Shown one piece after another: positions 40,201 to 48,132 of a DNA stretch of 52,139 bases. The DNA lies in IMG/VR virus record IMGVR_UViG_3300030419_007825, positions 1 to 52,139 of that record; one strand, given 5' to 3'. This DNA comes from a virus. Lineage: Duplodnaviria > Caudoviricetes. How positions within the stretch are numbered: the stretch's first letter is position 1; every line of letters begins with the position of its first letter. The notes beneath the pieces are model-generated. The model ran no database searches. It saw only the letters and a list, made by a program, of their open reading frames with translations, and was not told where the DNA came from. Both the position numbers and the translations under genes were made by a program.

Positions 40201-40352
40201 GGCCCTATGATTATTTCTCTCTAGTTGAACTAGTTAAGATTGATGAAGCCATAGAGTACAATTCAGAGCTACCCCCAGATAGCAGAATTGAAATTGTTGG
40301 AGATGTAAACGTCCAAGCCATCCAGGCGCTTCCAGTTAGGGTGGAAGAATAA
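31251..40352 (+). CDS. Giant (3033 aa) baseplate/tail protein with LamG/ConA-like domains (gp7-like position)
   Basis: LamG motifs TVEFWL, WHHYAF, YLDG, GSLDEFRYW, YYKFNEG, DYSG. Wedge-like NIYKTKGTRQSFRNLLRCFG, followed by a second degenerate LamG-like region. Confidence 0.75.
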   Translation: MSLKGLFEDISLTKVVPDKTAAEIGDVVESVSYHEADIIDEKRFVPEIDFSKPENFAKYGSAETYYEDSFTYIHSLYPYDGSLAEKLQWRNSGSYIDLYIFDNEYPRTTGYINFSYGGWGTLVGALESGYGTSDDVEYIGIKGGPGLGGGIQDQSANVWDPDNNRESNLEVDLTEGVTVEFWLNKEAFNDTDTEKEVILDVWNNELSSSSEYGRFRLELTGAASGPSWLVTIMSGTTGVQWQTIGSVENATVTDGNWHHYAFSFLSASAGVTTKTYLDGNLQKTETIGTTGINKIQGALEANIGALFTAVSGTTTPSTTAKGDGKLSGSLDEFRYWKAQRSSEKIGRYWFTQVGGGTNTDIANTDLGVYYKFNEGITGVAATDSTVLDYSGRVTNGSWTGYSAGSRNTGSAIVSSSAAASEFRDPIVYSTHPEVVSTLANLKLSGSAYDFENPSQLFSFFPSWMQENDLEQGGELKKLTQIMSSYFDNLYLQLESLSEIQDVTYLSGSSTKENTLANRLLASKGFVAPELFADADILEQLGDRSETLRYRDTLSNIKNKIYQNIYNNLTNIYKTKGTRQSFRNLLRCFGVDEKIYRINAYGNNVQFEVRNNRELNSIKKNYIDFSQTASFGASVFLTSSADSNTVSYLTGSSQLTGGFASTLETYVFFPKKPDSSDKAYTNYRFNSLTSSLFGRHTVDPADPNSLTWATTDNANYQVYAVRDEVMSNDVRFVLTTSAGGTLPTISSSYYQDVYDNTNWIFAVTIKPAEYPLVDYVEGTSTTDYTVEFKGTQVDAGEVLDSFTVTGSYNATNDGYGPITGSTRVYVGAHRTDFEGSVLDHTDVRVGYCRYWLDDVDMPTLQAHGKDVTNYGTDFPSLSPFLFQNNQDFNLNFTKGDTLALNWDFQTVTGSDSSGEFVVADFSSGSSAIQSSRYGFLGNLLGAQHTGQGFGFLTNNTNVIDPDYNIAAELLNFEQLTSEDMIEVLDIQDDIQFTRESRPINFLFAIEKSMYATISEEMIKTFAVISDFNNIVGNPVNKYRSEYKDLRVLRQKFFERVGNTPDLDKYIEYYKWFDAALSKMIEQLIPASAQFSKNVQSVVESHILERSKYQHKFPTLEFKGTDIMGVVESPLPLSPGWRYTHHPVDDLESNNANWWLTRAARNKGKLASGIAAVDGNRQVVFEHTIEDNRTRKRENVYRFKEQRQKIIAAGTNYGDNKIKNYVFHATEPWGPTVPSTNVPQNVMVSFDTDIMSPQVISDDLHPGKKKRIKYAIDPTINKDIESTAKGAYLTPFSLYSASSATDYNSRIETGYRENINLTNLHEDIVGNNDTRPLQGPFTEKFVGGRFYRHTELNDGTDTRESRGEGFRLAIGLESVDDAPPGAVGALGIVPPNYPFIDSPSGSAPHGFLPALKTAHRLRDEGVKRSVNIRNILMSTASADVRLSGTLVHNRIGNYSKNYQIVQTSGRTINDLYFRKQTFDFASYPETLATRGRFPLTLTSTQNVGGALEYELPDRDGVNSNQTVIVNRFSAPGSFAAISRGYLDPAHEEKSVYNVLPYRNLRVLNYGLSGSASVDPTTTGSILVQDQINKPRGLKQLLTLHCGRFGIDAAYGSFPTEGYPTTGSYHKINRNRRRRVFYGDPDTIESVYDNGHLTHPIPRSTQQYQWITASIRDQEIIYGYTELSGGFFVDSLPLISRSVDYADETFLYLTTGIVDPVTASSNTLGYPLDAPTQNIDGVSYSAYANADYWNPPVFDRPPDFFNSLMLMRNGPYQAPSWKQVRISDHPVIRNHVKNSVYSVASLTAYDMSVNSARGSSIKQFTEPVVYSEEMPLRHTLDYSGLNLTLKNTFGNKLIHFATYEIDNIENTRKDYASSDLYFNRINSMIMKGSNKDTTVGGALSNMSVVYSQRVYPAAYNSFLERTRSRQHYSIDNIWDNARAERSDADRENSQGTTIDKLYVAYPSKWSTDAHHVYSSSVSFTYDDGAGELQNSYSRYMVQGRYDPDKNLDVKIIYPAATYNARVPLGTYSSSVATFPVTGARPAYVGDRFNLVMGTFSGSIANAGSGKFPYKTYGEFGKHLRLVGKDYSIVPEFLISKHMEEYLQGEDFTTLDDIDDLFNLTGSGYGNSATTGFFREYSNSDFMKMFDVVNTAYDGAELVDGSKMSQDKIGLKCTAYLQFLPYKGFYPAERTLELATLFSQSYAPYINKSGSSGSATAAVYRALLEPLYSQGVMYNTIKSGIAVSNFVISNTSSAPSSILPSWAPWYPATAGSNISASSVQNINATALPEGNLYFKYMLPPFRTIDGSHSSSYYNENGYFFEKVPFEALYQPRNYLTQDYVSGSGRIYDTGLHSASLKAYSGDVSEENYITWDGDGDSRYELAIDNFLCETVNFFQDGLVSVLSGREEDFGAVTSGSEYSMTLKLYRPTTSSVGYDWADTGSIIPDYDKFDMYRRVSAFGPPLAAKSWSGWPFFAGSASYGASFSHVTPPYLAGSGSCTFTFKATYDGQPTLDEIFSNLTITYDRMEFVELQNSSPSFATDMTDYKVQLKDCFNLTSSVNTVPNNTRSQKKQWLIQSKFETPVINIAGDRRTCLDPGTGVKASGSIFFTRAPSATFMSGTNVNWADGLGNTHTYIFTDAAAVSAAGGKLQVSTYDWEVYVVNGNTEATRNNLYHAITASKWVDSALNVATTSSTDWIYLDQRFTGSIFNQTIANSASPYVNVAGFAGGVNGTADVQYGDVYGNIPEATPTGTVVPTLPHSTNGLEVTPNCQLFTQGLWHDYGTIPSGSDEGVFAIIESPSPKKGKSLAEVVQMPIGQPFRVGSIKERSLLEEAVVAIPFFMGTDDRRKYYKLDEDAQASIDTLSAHLEKYVFPPRFDFVRNPTMAPVAMYVFEFSRAITKQDLADMWQNLPPSIHESFEQKVTVIEHRLLRDQILNTENRKLRQDLRWMVFKVKKRAAMDYTRFIKQGLVDDTGVIPSNINNAAYSYNWPYDYFSLVELVKIDEAIEYNSELPPDSRIEIVGDVNVQAIQALPVRVEE

Positions 40353-41419
40353 TGCAATTCTTTGACGACAAGCAGGACGTGTTTGATATAGTGGTTACTC
40401 CATATGGAGAATCATTGCTGGCCAAGGGGTTGTTTGATCCAGCATACTATGCCTTTTTCGATGACGATATCCTTTATGATGCCGAGTGGGCCGGCATTAC
40501 CACAGAGGTTCAAAACGATATAGAAGGAAGAATTCAGCAGGGAACACCGCGCATGCGGCCTCCATCAGTTTATACGGGGGTTGAGACTGCGATAGGGCAA
40601 ATAAATGCGGATATTCGGGCGGCTATATCAGGTTCTGGCCTAACTGATAGCACCAGTGTTGTTCAAGACACTCTTAATAATCCTATTTACAATCAAGATG
40701 GAATGCAAAACTATGGTGATAAATTTGAATTCCTTTCCAAGCCTCTAGGAAGATCAGCGCTTACCTCGAAAAAACACCCCTCCTGGTCTCTTTCAATGCT
40801 TCAGGGAGAGATCTCTTCCAGTCAGAATTATTCCGAAACAGAAACGGGCTTTGAAAACATTCCCCAAATTAATATAGATTTGAGTTATAAGCTCTATGTG
40901 AGTGAAACTGGGGACCCTGCAATCCAGTTCAATAATGCGACGGCCGAGTTTTCATCTGTCTTGTTTCCCGTAGGGTCAGGCACCCCACAAAGCACAGCTA
41001 TTTCTGACGTTATTCCTCCGACGGAGTTTCAGAACATTATATCTCAAGTTTTTCAGGACCAAACCTATTTTTCTTTAACTGATGGAAGGATCCTCATAGA
41101 CATTCTTGAAGAGAACGTTGATTTTAAAAAGGAAAATTTTGATATACAAGTGTTTATGTCGGGGTCATCAGTTAATGGGGCCAATGGTGCCCCCGTCCAG
41201 TTATTGTATGGCAACCAGGTGACAAACATGGCCACCGATGAGGTGGAAAAATACCTCACTATTCGAGTGGACCGAGAAATAACAGATGCCAGAGTGAGTG
41301 ACTTGCCACAGATTACAGAAAACAGGCTAGTAGCGGATCCGTCTGTCACCAATGTCATCAGCACAAGGGAGTTCTTGCTGAGAGATCTTTATGATCCTGA
41401 GCCGGATATATGTGATTAA
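40352..41419 (+). CDS. Virion structural protein; N-terminus paralogous to 48133..49071
   Basis: FFDDKQDVFDIVVTPYGESLLAKG.F...YYAFFDDDILY aligns with FLDNSGDIILDAVLTDTGRLRLAQG...F...KFALGDDEIDY. Confidence 0.6.
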   Translation: MQFFDDKQDVFDIVVTPYGESLLAKGLFDPAYYAFFDDDILYDAEWAGITTEVQNDIEGRIQQGTPRMRPPSVYTGVETAIGQINADIRAAISGSGLTDSTSVVQDTLNNPIYNQDGMQNYGDKFEFLSKPLGRSALTSKKHPSWSLSMLQGEISSSQNYSETETGFENIPQINIDLSYKLYVSETGDPAIQFNNATAEFSSVLFPVGSGTPQSTAISDVIPPTEFQNIISQVFQDQTYFSLTDGRILIDILEENVDFKKENFDIQVFMSGSSVNGANGAPVQLLYGNQVTNMATDEVEKYLTIRVDREITDARVSDLPQITENRLVADPSVTNVISTREFLLRDLYDPEPDICD

Positions 41420-44400
41420 TGAAAATCCGAACCAATAACGTAACTCCCAATATTGACAATGTTGTTGTCAATCAAGATGATGGGCAGTACAACATCTCTA
41501 CCACTATTAAGTTTCTAGCTCGCAATTTAGCTACTGCGAAAAAAGATTATTTTATAGTGTTGTGCTTGAATGAAGAAGTGGCTAATAGTCTCATCGGCGA
41601 TCGCGCCGAGTTGGCCTCTTACATATCTAGAAGAAAAACAACCGATAATGTTGTTGTTGTCCATGATAGGTTCTCCTACGACCCTCGACGCGCTCCCATG
41701 TATACGTCACCATATGAGAAAGTTACCCTCACAAAAGAGATAACAATAAATCAGCAAAATATTAGTAACCTTACGATTATAGTTACCACGGCGCGACAAC
41801 TACGCATGCGCAAAATAACAACCTATTCTCCCCTTAACAAGGATATGATCAGAGTGTTCCGGAACGGATCGGTACCTACCGAGAACATTGTTCTGTATGA
41901 AGACGAAGCGCAAGAAAAAATATGGATCGGCGATTTCTTCCGAGACACCCAGGGAGATTATCGTAAGCTCGATAATTCTCAATTATTTGTCAAGACGGTC
42001 CCCAACACTAAAATTATTTTTCACAGCCTTTTGGTTAAGCAGCTTTATAAAACTATAGTTAATGATTTTAATAGTTTGTTTAGTTTTAATAAAGGCTTAA
42101 ATACTACTGAAGCTATTGTCGACAGGCTATCAACGGAAAGTACAAATTATTTTTCCGATCTCTATTTTGCCAAGACGACTAATTTGCGTCTCCCGCTCAG
42201 CTTCAGTTTTAATAAACTAGCTTTTTTTAAAAACAACACGTTGTTTGGCCGCCTGATTAAAAATCAGGCCCAATTGCTTAGCTCGGTAGAACTACTCGAT
42301 GTAAGGTTTATACGAAAGAGAGTAAAGTCTTATAATCCTTCTAGTCCTTTGACTGCCTTTGGGCCTACGGTATCTTACAAAAACACTGAACAGCCCTTAG
42401 GCACCTCTGTGACCCTAATAGATATCCTCAATAATAACGGAATTATAACCGTACAAGGAACCGATACGGATATGGACCATATCACTTATGGGCTCTACCA
42501 GTACGGGGTTGAGATGGTGTTTATGGATCATACAGCGGAAAAGATCCGCGATATTATTAGTGCTGACTCAGATGGTCTGGAGTTAGCTGCGTCCAATATT
42601 AAAACCATTCTCGCTGAAGCCAGTCTTCCCAATAATTATGATGTTTATAGCCAGGAGTTTTTGGCAGCATATAAGACGAAGTATAATCTAGACCATAAGC
42701 CGATTGTTGTGGAGGCTATCAAGAAGTATGTGTCTGCGCTAGCGGTATTTTATGAAAACTTTTCCTTATCTCTCCAGGAGTCTCCAAATTCTCTGGCCCT
42801 AAAGATATACGATCTCGCCAATCCGATGACGCGAGGCCCATCAGCGCTTCAAGAGTTGCTGTCTCTTATCAATGGTCTTATTAGTGAGTTGCTCCTCTTC
42901 ATTAAGAAATCCGCCTTAGCTCCCGGGTCGGCGCAAAACCAACAGACCAAGACTTCCCAGCTAGGAAATGATGCTCGCATCATTAAGAAAAAGCATTTTT
43001 TCAAGCAGGTGGTGGATGCTGATATGCTTGTCAACGATGGGTATGATTACTTATCGACCCAGATTGGGCAATCTTTAAATCCTACGTATTCTAACTTTAG
43101 GCTTTTGAGCTACAATGAGTTTGATCAACTTAAGACTGCAGAGATAACCAAGTTTGAGGGTCTCGACTTTGCCCAAAAAGACGATATCGCACTGACTCCT
43201 AACTACTTTAAATTAAATAAACACACCACTAAGATCAATCTTGTAGAACCAGAGACAGAGGGGAACGATAGTGTCATCGGAACCCAGATTTTAGTGGCCA
43301 AAGCTTACCGAAATTCACCTATTAATTTTGGCGTGAGCCAGATTAAGAATAATAATACGGGCCTTCCTAATAAACAGATTCAAACGATTAAAAATAGTGT
43401 CATGATCGCCGCACAAAATAGTTGCCAAATTGAGGTAAATGTCGCTCCTCGAACCGATATTTTTGATACACCTGAAATACTTTTAGATGCCGACAATTAC
43501 TTGGATGCTGCTGAAAAACTATCAGAACAGTCTCCTTTTGTGATCAACAAGACCGGAAGCGTTTCATTGAATCAGTTTCTTTTTTCAATTATCAACAATA
43601 ACACAGAAGAAAGATATCTCGATACACTTCAAAATCTTAGCAACGATATGCTATCATATCTAATACAGACAGATTATTTTAGTTTAGAGAAACAGGATCC
43701 AGATAAACGCGTTAAAAATATTACTGACAAAGAGGTTTTTTACTCTAAAAATAATACATTTGATGCCTTTAATCAGCAAGTCCTTGATCAAGAAAAAGAT
43801 AAGGCTGTGCGGACCACCGCAATGAATGCCGTGTTCGACACCCATAGACAAATGGAATTTTACCCGCCCCAAGAACTTCGATATGGTGCACTCCTACGAA
43901 ATCCGGTCTCTGCCTCGCAGGTTGCGAATATTGCGATGAAATACGGCAATACCCGTAAGATAGAATATCTTGCGGGATTTAAACAGTCTGAACACACACT
44001 GTTTATGGGTGAGCCTGTGTGGGCCCCTCTTACCGAAGGGGTGTATGAGAACTTTTTTGCGTCTCAGAGGACGTTGATGTGCCGGCTTAAAGAGTATTCA
44101 TCCCTATTCAGCAAGTACGAAGGGGTTCGGTTTCCTATATATGATGAGATTTTCTTGATTGGCTCAGCCCCTACGCCCGCCCCTGCGTCGACTCCGCCAA
44201 CTATGCAGTCCTTTGCTAGTTTGGATGTCGACACAGAAAACTTGGATGAGATGCAATATGCTTGTGGCGAAGTAGAGAATGTGCAATACACTGTGGGTTC
44301 TGTGCCTATGATCTCCCGGGACCTTCCTCAAAATCAGCATACAGGCCTATATACAAATGGAAACGATTTCTTGTTGCCGAATGGAGATAAGTATGTGGGA

Positions 44401-44577
44401 TTATATCATATTCATTATGATGCGCCCCGGAAAAAATTTATTGCCATGGCAGGGGTCGCACATACGTCAAAACCACACGATAACCTAACGCCGGTGTCAA
44501 ATAAGGCACATAGAGTGCTTAGAGAAGCCATGCAATCGCGCGAAGGTGACCTACAATTAGGCGGGGGGAATTACTGA
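41419..44577 (+). CDS. Large (1052 aa) hypothetical virion protein
   Basis: Long ORF translationally coupled within the structural operon. Small C-terminal module LYTNG.DF....G..YVGLYHIH...MAG..H. Confidence 0.6.
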   Translation: MKIRTNNVTPNIDNVVVNQDDGQYNISTTIKFLARNLATAKKDYFIVLCLNEEVANSLIGDRAELASYISRRKTTDNVVVVHDRFSYDPRRAPMYTSPYEKVTLTKEITINQQNISNLTIIVTTARQLRMRKITTYSPLNKDMIRVFRNGSVPTENIVLYEDEAQEKIWIGDFFRDTQGDYRKLDNSQLFVKTVPNTKIIFHSLLVKQLYKTIVNDFNSLFSFNKGLNTTEAIVDRLSTESTNYFSDLYFAKTTNLRLPLSFSFNKLAFFKNNTLFGRLIKNQAQLLSSVELLDVRFIRKRVKSYNPSSPLTAFGPTVSYKNTEQPLGTSVTLIDILNNNGIITVQGTDTDMDHITYGLYQYGVEMVFMDHTAEKIRDIISADSDGLELAASNIKTILAEASLPNNYDVYSQEFLAAYKTKYNLDHKPIVVEAIKKYVSALAVFYENFSLSLQESPNSLALKIYDLANPMTRGPSALQELLSLINGLISELLLFIKKSALAPGSAQNQQTKTSQLGNDARIIKKKHFFKQVVDADMLVNDGYDYLSTQIGQSLNPTYSNFRLLSYNEFDQLKTAEITKFEGLDFAQKDDIALTPNYFKLNKHTTKINLVEPETEGNDSVIGTQILVAKAYRNSPINFGVSQIKNNNTGLPNKQIQTIKNSVMIAAQNSCQIEVNVAPRTDIFDTPEILLDADNYLDAAEKLSEQSPFVINKTGSVSLNQFLFSIINNNTEERYLDTLQNLSNDMLSYLIQTDYFSLEKQDPDKRVKNITDKEVFYSKNNTFDAFNQQVLDQEKDKAVRTTAMNAVFDTHRQMEFYPPQELRYGALLRNPVSASQVANIAMKYGNTRKIEYLAGFKQSEHTLFMGEPVWAPLTEGVYENFFASQRTLMCRLKEYSSLFSKYEGVRFPIYDEIFLIGSAPTPAPASTPPTMQSFASLDVDTENLDEMQYACGEVENVQYTVGSVPMISRDLPQNQHTGLYTNGNDFLLPNGDKYVGLYHIHYDAPRKKFIAMAGVAHTSKPHDNLTPVSNKAHRVLREAMQSREGDLQLGGGNY

Positions 44578-47500
44578 TGGCGCGCAAATTTTGGTTAATT
44601 AATCGCACCCTTGCTATGGATCCGTCTTTGGAAAATAGGAAAAATAATTGGTGGAGCAACGAGAAGCGACAGCATCCGATGGTGAGTCGCCGCGGCTCAC
44701 CGGAAAGTGATTACCTCCGCCGATCTTTCGCGCGCTATTTTTCATGGCAAGAAGGGAACGACCCGGATGACTATAATAACTTCGGATACCTGAATTCATC
44801 TCCCCTCGACGCCCAGGCTGGCATGCCCCCGACAGTCGGGGCCAACATCACTCAGTATGCAGATCCATATCCTGTGTTCCCCCCTCAGATTCCCGTTGTA
44901 GTAGCTTTGGCCACCGAAAACCTTCCTTCCACTGGCGCCGGCTTGGCAAAATATATCTTTGGACACCCATCCCTAGGGAATTTGAGTGGGGAATATAATG
45001 CCATTATATTATCTGGCGCGGCGGATGCTTGGCTTGAAGCTTCTGAATGGGCGTTTGGCACCTCGGGGAACTCATGGGCCAGAGATCTTTTTAACGCCCC
45101 ATTTTGGACAAATTGGCAGGCCTATGTGTTAGGAGGGTCCGCTGTCACCTCCGATGACGATGATACCCCTGAAAGACAATTTTATGGATTATTCGGGGAT
45201 AGCGGTGGTACTCTATACTATGACTATCAATTTGAAAAAGATGTTCCCACACGAGAAGAAGTGGCAGTGGCCACCAACTATAACTACTATAATGCATTTT
45301 TTGATGAGATGGCTGATAATTCGAGCATTAGCGAACTTTATATTCCGAACCTATATGTGGTCTACAGTATTGGCTCCAATGGTTCCTACCTTTACCCTAG
45401 TCTTTATAATGACGATGGCTCATCGAGACAGAAAACGGGCTTAATATTATCTAATGGAATTGGCGAGCTAGCGAATGACTATCTAGACAATAGTCGAGTC
45501 CCTATAGGTCAGGTTTTTGCCAAGAACCAAGCCCCCGACTCGATTCTCAATAGGTTCACGCGAAAAGATTTTAGTTCCCCGCTCTACACCGCTTCGCTGG
45601 AGGCTCAAGTGGCGGATAAGAATAGGCACCTTGGGATTGGGACCGAGCTTTTAGCGGGCCCAAATAATTTACTGCAAGAGATTGCAGGAAGACAACATGC
45701 TTTTCCCTATAATGCTCAAGTGAGCTTCCCTCTAGCTGGTACAGGTGACTTGTTTGACAACCTATCAAGCCAGTTGTCGTCCTCTGCCCCGGAGCAGGCC
45801 CTCAAATTTTTCTTGTTTGAGGTAATGAAAGCCAATATACTCGATTTTAATTCGGGTTCTTACGACTTTTACGAGAGCCTCGATGTCTCGGCGAGAGAAG
45901 AAGACGACGGCGAATTTAAATATTATGGTTTTGATTGGACTAATGACGGCGATTGGGTCCCTCCCAATAATCCCGAAGCTAGAGAAAAGTACGCCACCAA
46001 CACCATTGATGTAGTCCGGCTTTTTACAAGCATTTTTGAGGAGCTTGGGAATACTTATGCAAACCCCCTCGGAGCCGGGGAGACTTATAATGGCTTCATA
46101 AACCAACTGTATTCATCCGTGAGAAGTATCGTCAATGGGCAGGGCTTTATTGTAGGACAGCAATCTTTTGGATGGCCCGGTAACCCCGAAAATGATGACG
46201 ATTATAATATTTTCACCGGTGAAGTTCCCCAGTTTTTGTTATATCTGGGGCAAACTTTAGTAGATCATTCACGCACACATTCTCAGCTGCTGGAGGGAAA
46301 TGAGGCCTATAATCAAACCCTGGTTTACAAGCTAGATAAACACCTTGTAGACCCGGCTAGCGGTGAGCCGCTGCCCGAACCGGTGCAGAGCGTCTACTTC
46401 CCCAATATGAGTGCCCAAAACGTAACCTACTATGATACACAGGTAAAGTTTGGTCAACAGTATATGTATAAGGCTTATTCCTATGATTTAGTAGTTGGTA
46501 ACCAATATAAGTATTTAGACCCCCAAGTCTATCCGCCTCCGGCGGCTCCGTGGCCTACTCAACTGGCGCCGCTTATGGGATTTGCTCTCCCTCTTTCCAA
46601 CCCCATTATCCCCGGCCCCCAATTCGATTTAAACCGAACACTTCAGCCTGACACCGCGGCCGCCTCCTTTGCGCCATTCCCGGGACAGCAGATATATGTT
46701 GGTAATCCTGTAACCTGGACCACGACGGTCCCCAATCCCAACGGTGAAACCATCTTTAAAAGAGTGGATCTTACGTCAATGAGTCTTTGGTATAATTCGG
46801 ATTACAGTCTATATTTTGACTACTGGGCGCCGCCAGCTTTGGATCCAATAGCAATAGAGATTCCCAATGTTGCATACCCTACTACTATGGGCGACACAAT
46901 AAAAGATATGAATTTGACTCTGTTGGCGGCAACTATAGAGCAGGGTCTAAATTATGGGGGACCACCAGAAGCCCCCCAGGGAAACATGTGGCGCGTGAGA
47001 TTTATTCCTGAACAGGGGTCCTCCACTCAGGGGCGCTTTGTGATAGCGGCGGCTAATGAACTCACTGACTTGCCCCCCGCAAAAAAAGCAACACTCGCAC
47101 AAACGCTTAATGTGTCGTCGGGGGATGTTAATGCGCTCTTTGATATAGATCCTAATTGGACTTTTATGAGCCCTTCGCCGACGAATCTTCTTTTCAGGAC
47201 AGGCCCCCATGGTTACCAGCCGGAATATCCTTGGGACATCACCGACGCGGGCAAAGCATCAGCCCAAGTTCAAAACTATAGATCAGTTAAAATTATGGAA
47301 TTGCCATATTTTGAGACCAATGTTTTTGAAGTGGTTGATCTTCCTCCTCAGTTTCCCGACGTAGAAATAGTACCGCTGAAGGGAGAAAGTAAAAGAATTA
47401 AGATTTTGCTGAACGAGAACGCTACTCGCAATGCCTATTTGCCTATGATCATCGAGCCTGAAGACACCGCAAAGTTTGAGGAGATTAGAATAGGTCAGGG

Positions 47501-48098
47501 CCGAGATCCCGGCGAGGCGCTAGTGTTTGGATCTGATGATTCTATAGTTTCATTTCAAATATATCGTACAGACACGCCTCCACAGGCATATACTGATTTT
47601 GCGGGCCATCTAACCGATACCTTAGATACATTCACGCCGTCCGGCAGATCTATTACTACTGCTAGCAAGCTGGATATGGTGGAGCCAAATGTAGTTTATT
47701 ATTATTGTTTTAGAACGATCGATAAGAATGGGTTTATATCGGTCCCCAGTCCCATCTTGAAAGTCCAAATGGTTGACGATAATGGCCGAGTTTATCCAAT
47801 CATAGAACCATATGACCTTCCAGTCGGAGAATCTAGAAGTGCCGAAAAGCCTTTCAAGCGATATTTAGAAATAGACACCTCTTTGCAGGCGAAACAACTT
47901 ACGGGCATTCCGGCTAATGCAACGTCAGCCGGTAATCCTCTGGACGCTCCGTCGGGTGTTTCGCTATCTGGGTCTGTTTGGGATGAAAATATTACATTTA
48001 AAGTGAGAGTAGTGAGTAAGGATACTGGAAGAAAGCTAGACTTGAACTTGAACTTCAATGCGCAAGCAATTCCAAATCCTAATTTGCAGGGTGATTAA
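44577..48098 (+). CDS. Large (1173 aa) hypothetical virion protein with FN3-like segments
   Basis: YYDTQVKFGQQYMYKAY and FQIYR...VEPNVVYYYCFRTID...S.PS resemble FN3-type strands. Pro-rich central region. Confidence 0.55.
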   Translation: MARKFWLINRTLAMDPSLENRKNNWWSNEKRQHPMVSRRGSPESDYLRRSFARYFSWQEGNDPDDYNNFGYLNSSPLDAQAGMPPTVGANITQYADPYPVFPPQIPVVVALATENLPSTGAGLAKYIFGHPSLGNLSGEYNAIILSGAADAWLEASEWAFGTSGNSWARDLFNAPFWTNWQAYVLGGSAVTSDDDDTPERQFYGLFGDSGGTLYYDYQFEKDVPTREEVAVATNYNYYNAFFDEMADNSSISELYIPNLYVVYSIGSNGSYLYPSLYNDDGSSRQKTGLILSNGIGELANDYLDNSRVPIGQVFAKNQAPDSILNRFTRKDFSSPLYTASLEAQVADKNRHLGIGTELLAGPNNLLQEIAGRQHAFPYNAQVSFPLAGTGDLFDNLSSQLSSSAPEQALKFFLFEVMKANILDFNSGSYDFYESLDVSAREEDDGEFKYYGFDWTNDGDWVPPNNPEAREKYATNTIDVVRLFTSIFEELGNTYANPLGAGETYNGFINQLYSSVRSIVNGQGFIVGQQSFGWPGNPENDDDYNIFTGEVPQFLLYLGQTLVDHSRTHSQLLEGNEAYNQTLVYKLDKHLVDPASGEPLPEPVQSVYFPNMSAQNVTYYDTQVKFGQQYMYKAYSYDLVVGNQYKYLDPQVYPPPAAPWPTQLAPLMGFALPLSNPIIPGPQFDLNRTLQPDTAAASFAPFPGQQIYVGNPVTWTTTVPNPNGETIFKRVDLTSMSLWYNSDYSLYFDYWAPPALDPIAIEIPNVAYPTTMGDTIKDMNLTLLAATIEQGLNYGGPPEAPQGNMWRVRFIPEQGSSTQGRFVIAAANELTDLPPAKKATLAQTLNVSSGDVNALFDIDPNWTFMSPSPTNLLFRTGPHGYQPEYPWDITDAGKASAQVQNYRSVKIMELPYFETNVFEVVDLPPQFPDVEIVPLKGESKRIKILLNENATRNAYLPMIIEPEDTAKFEEIRIGQGRDPGEALVFGSDDSIVSFQIYRTDTPPQAYTDFAGHLTDTLDTFTPSGRSITTASKLDMVEPNVVYYYCFRTIDKNGFISVPSPILKVQMVDDNGRVYPIIEPYDLPVGESRSAEKPFKRYLEIDTSLQAKQLTGIPANATSAGNPLDAPSGVSLSGSVWDENITFKVRVVSKDTGRKLDLNLNFNAQAIPNPNLQGD

Positions 48099-48106
48099 TT
48101 TGTTGT

Positions 48107-48117
48107 AAACTATTTAT
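48107..48117 (+). promoter_or_regulatory. Candidate late-promoter element AAACTATTTAT
   Basis: Intergenic, 15 nt before ATG 48133; near-identical to the 27459 element. Confidence 0.35.
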
Positions 48118-48132
48118 GTTAGGGATTTTACT

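Noticed and set aside
21330-40352. Inteins, introns or diversity-generating retroelement targets in the giant ORFs
   Set aside because: No intein splice motifs with homing-endonuclease signatures, no reverse transcriptase, and no near-duplicate template/variable repeat pair were noticed by eye.
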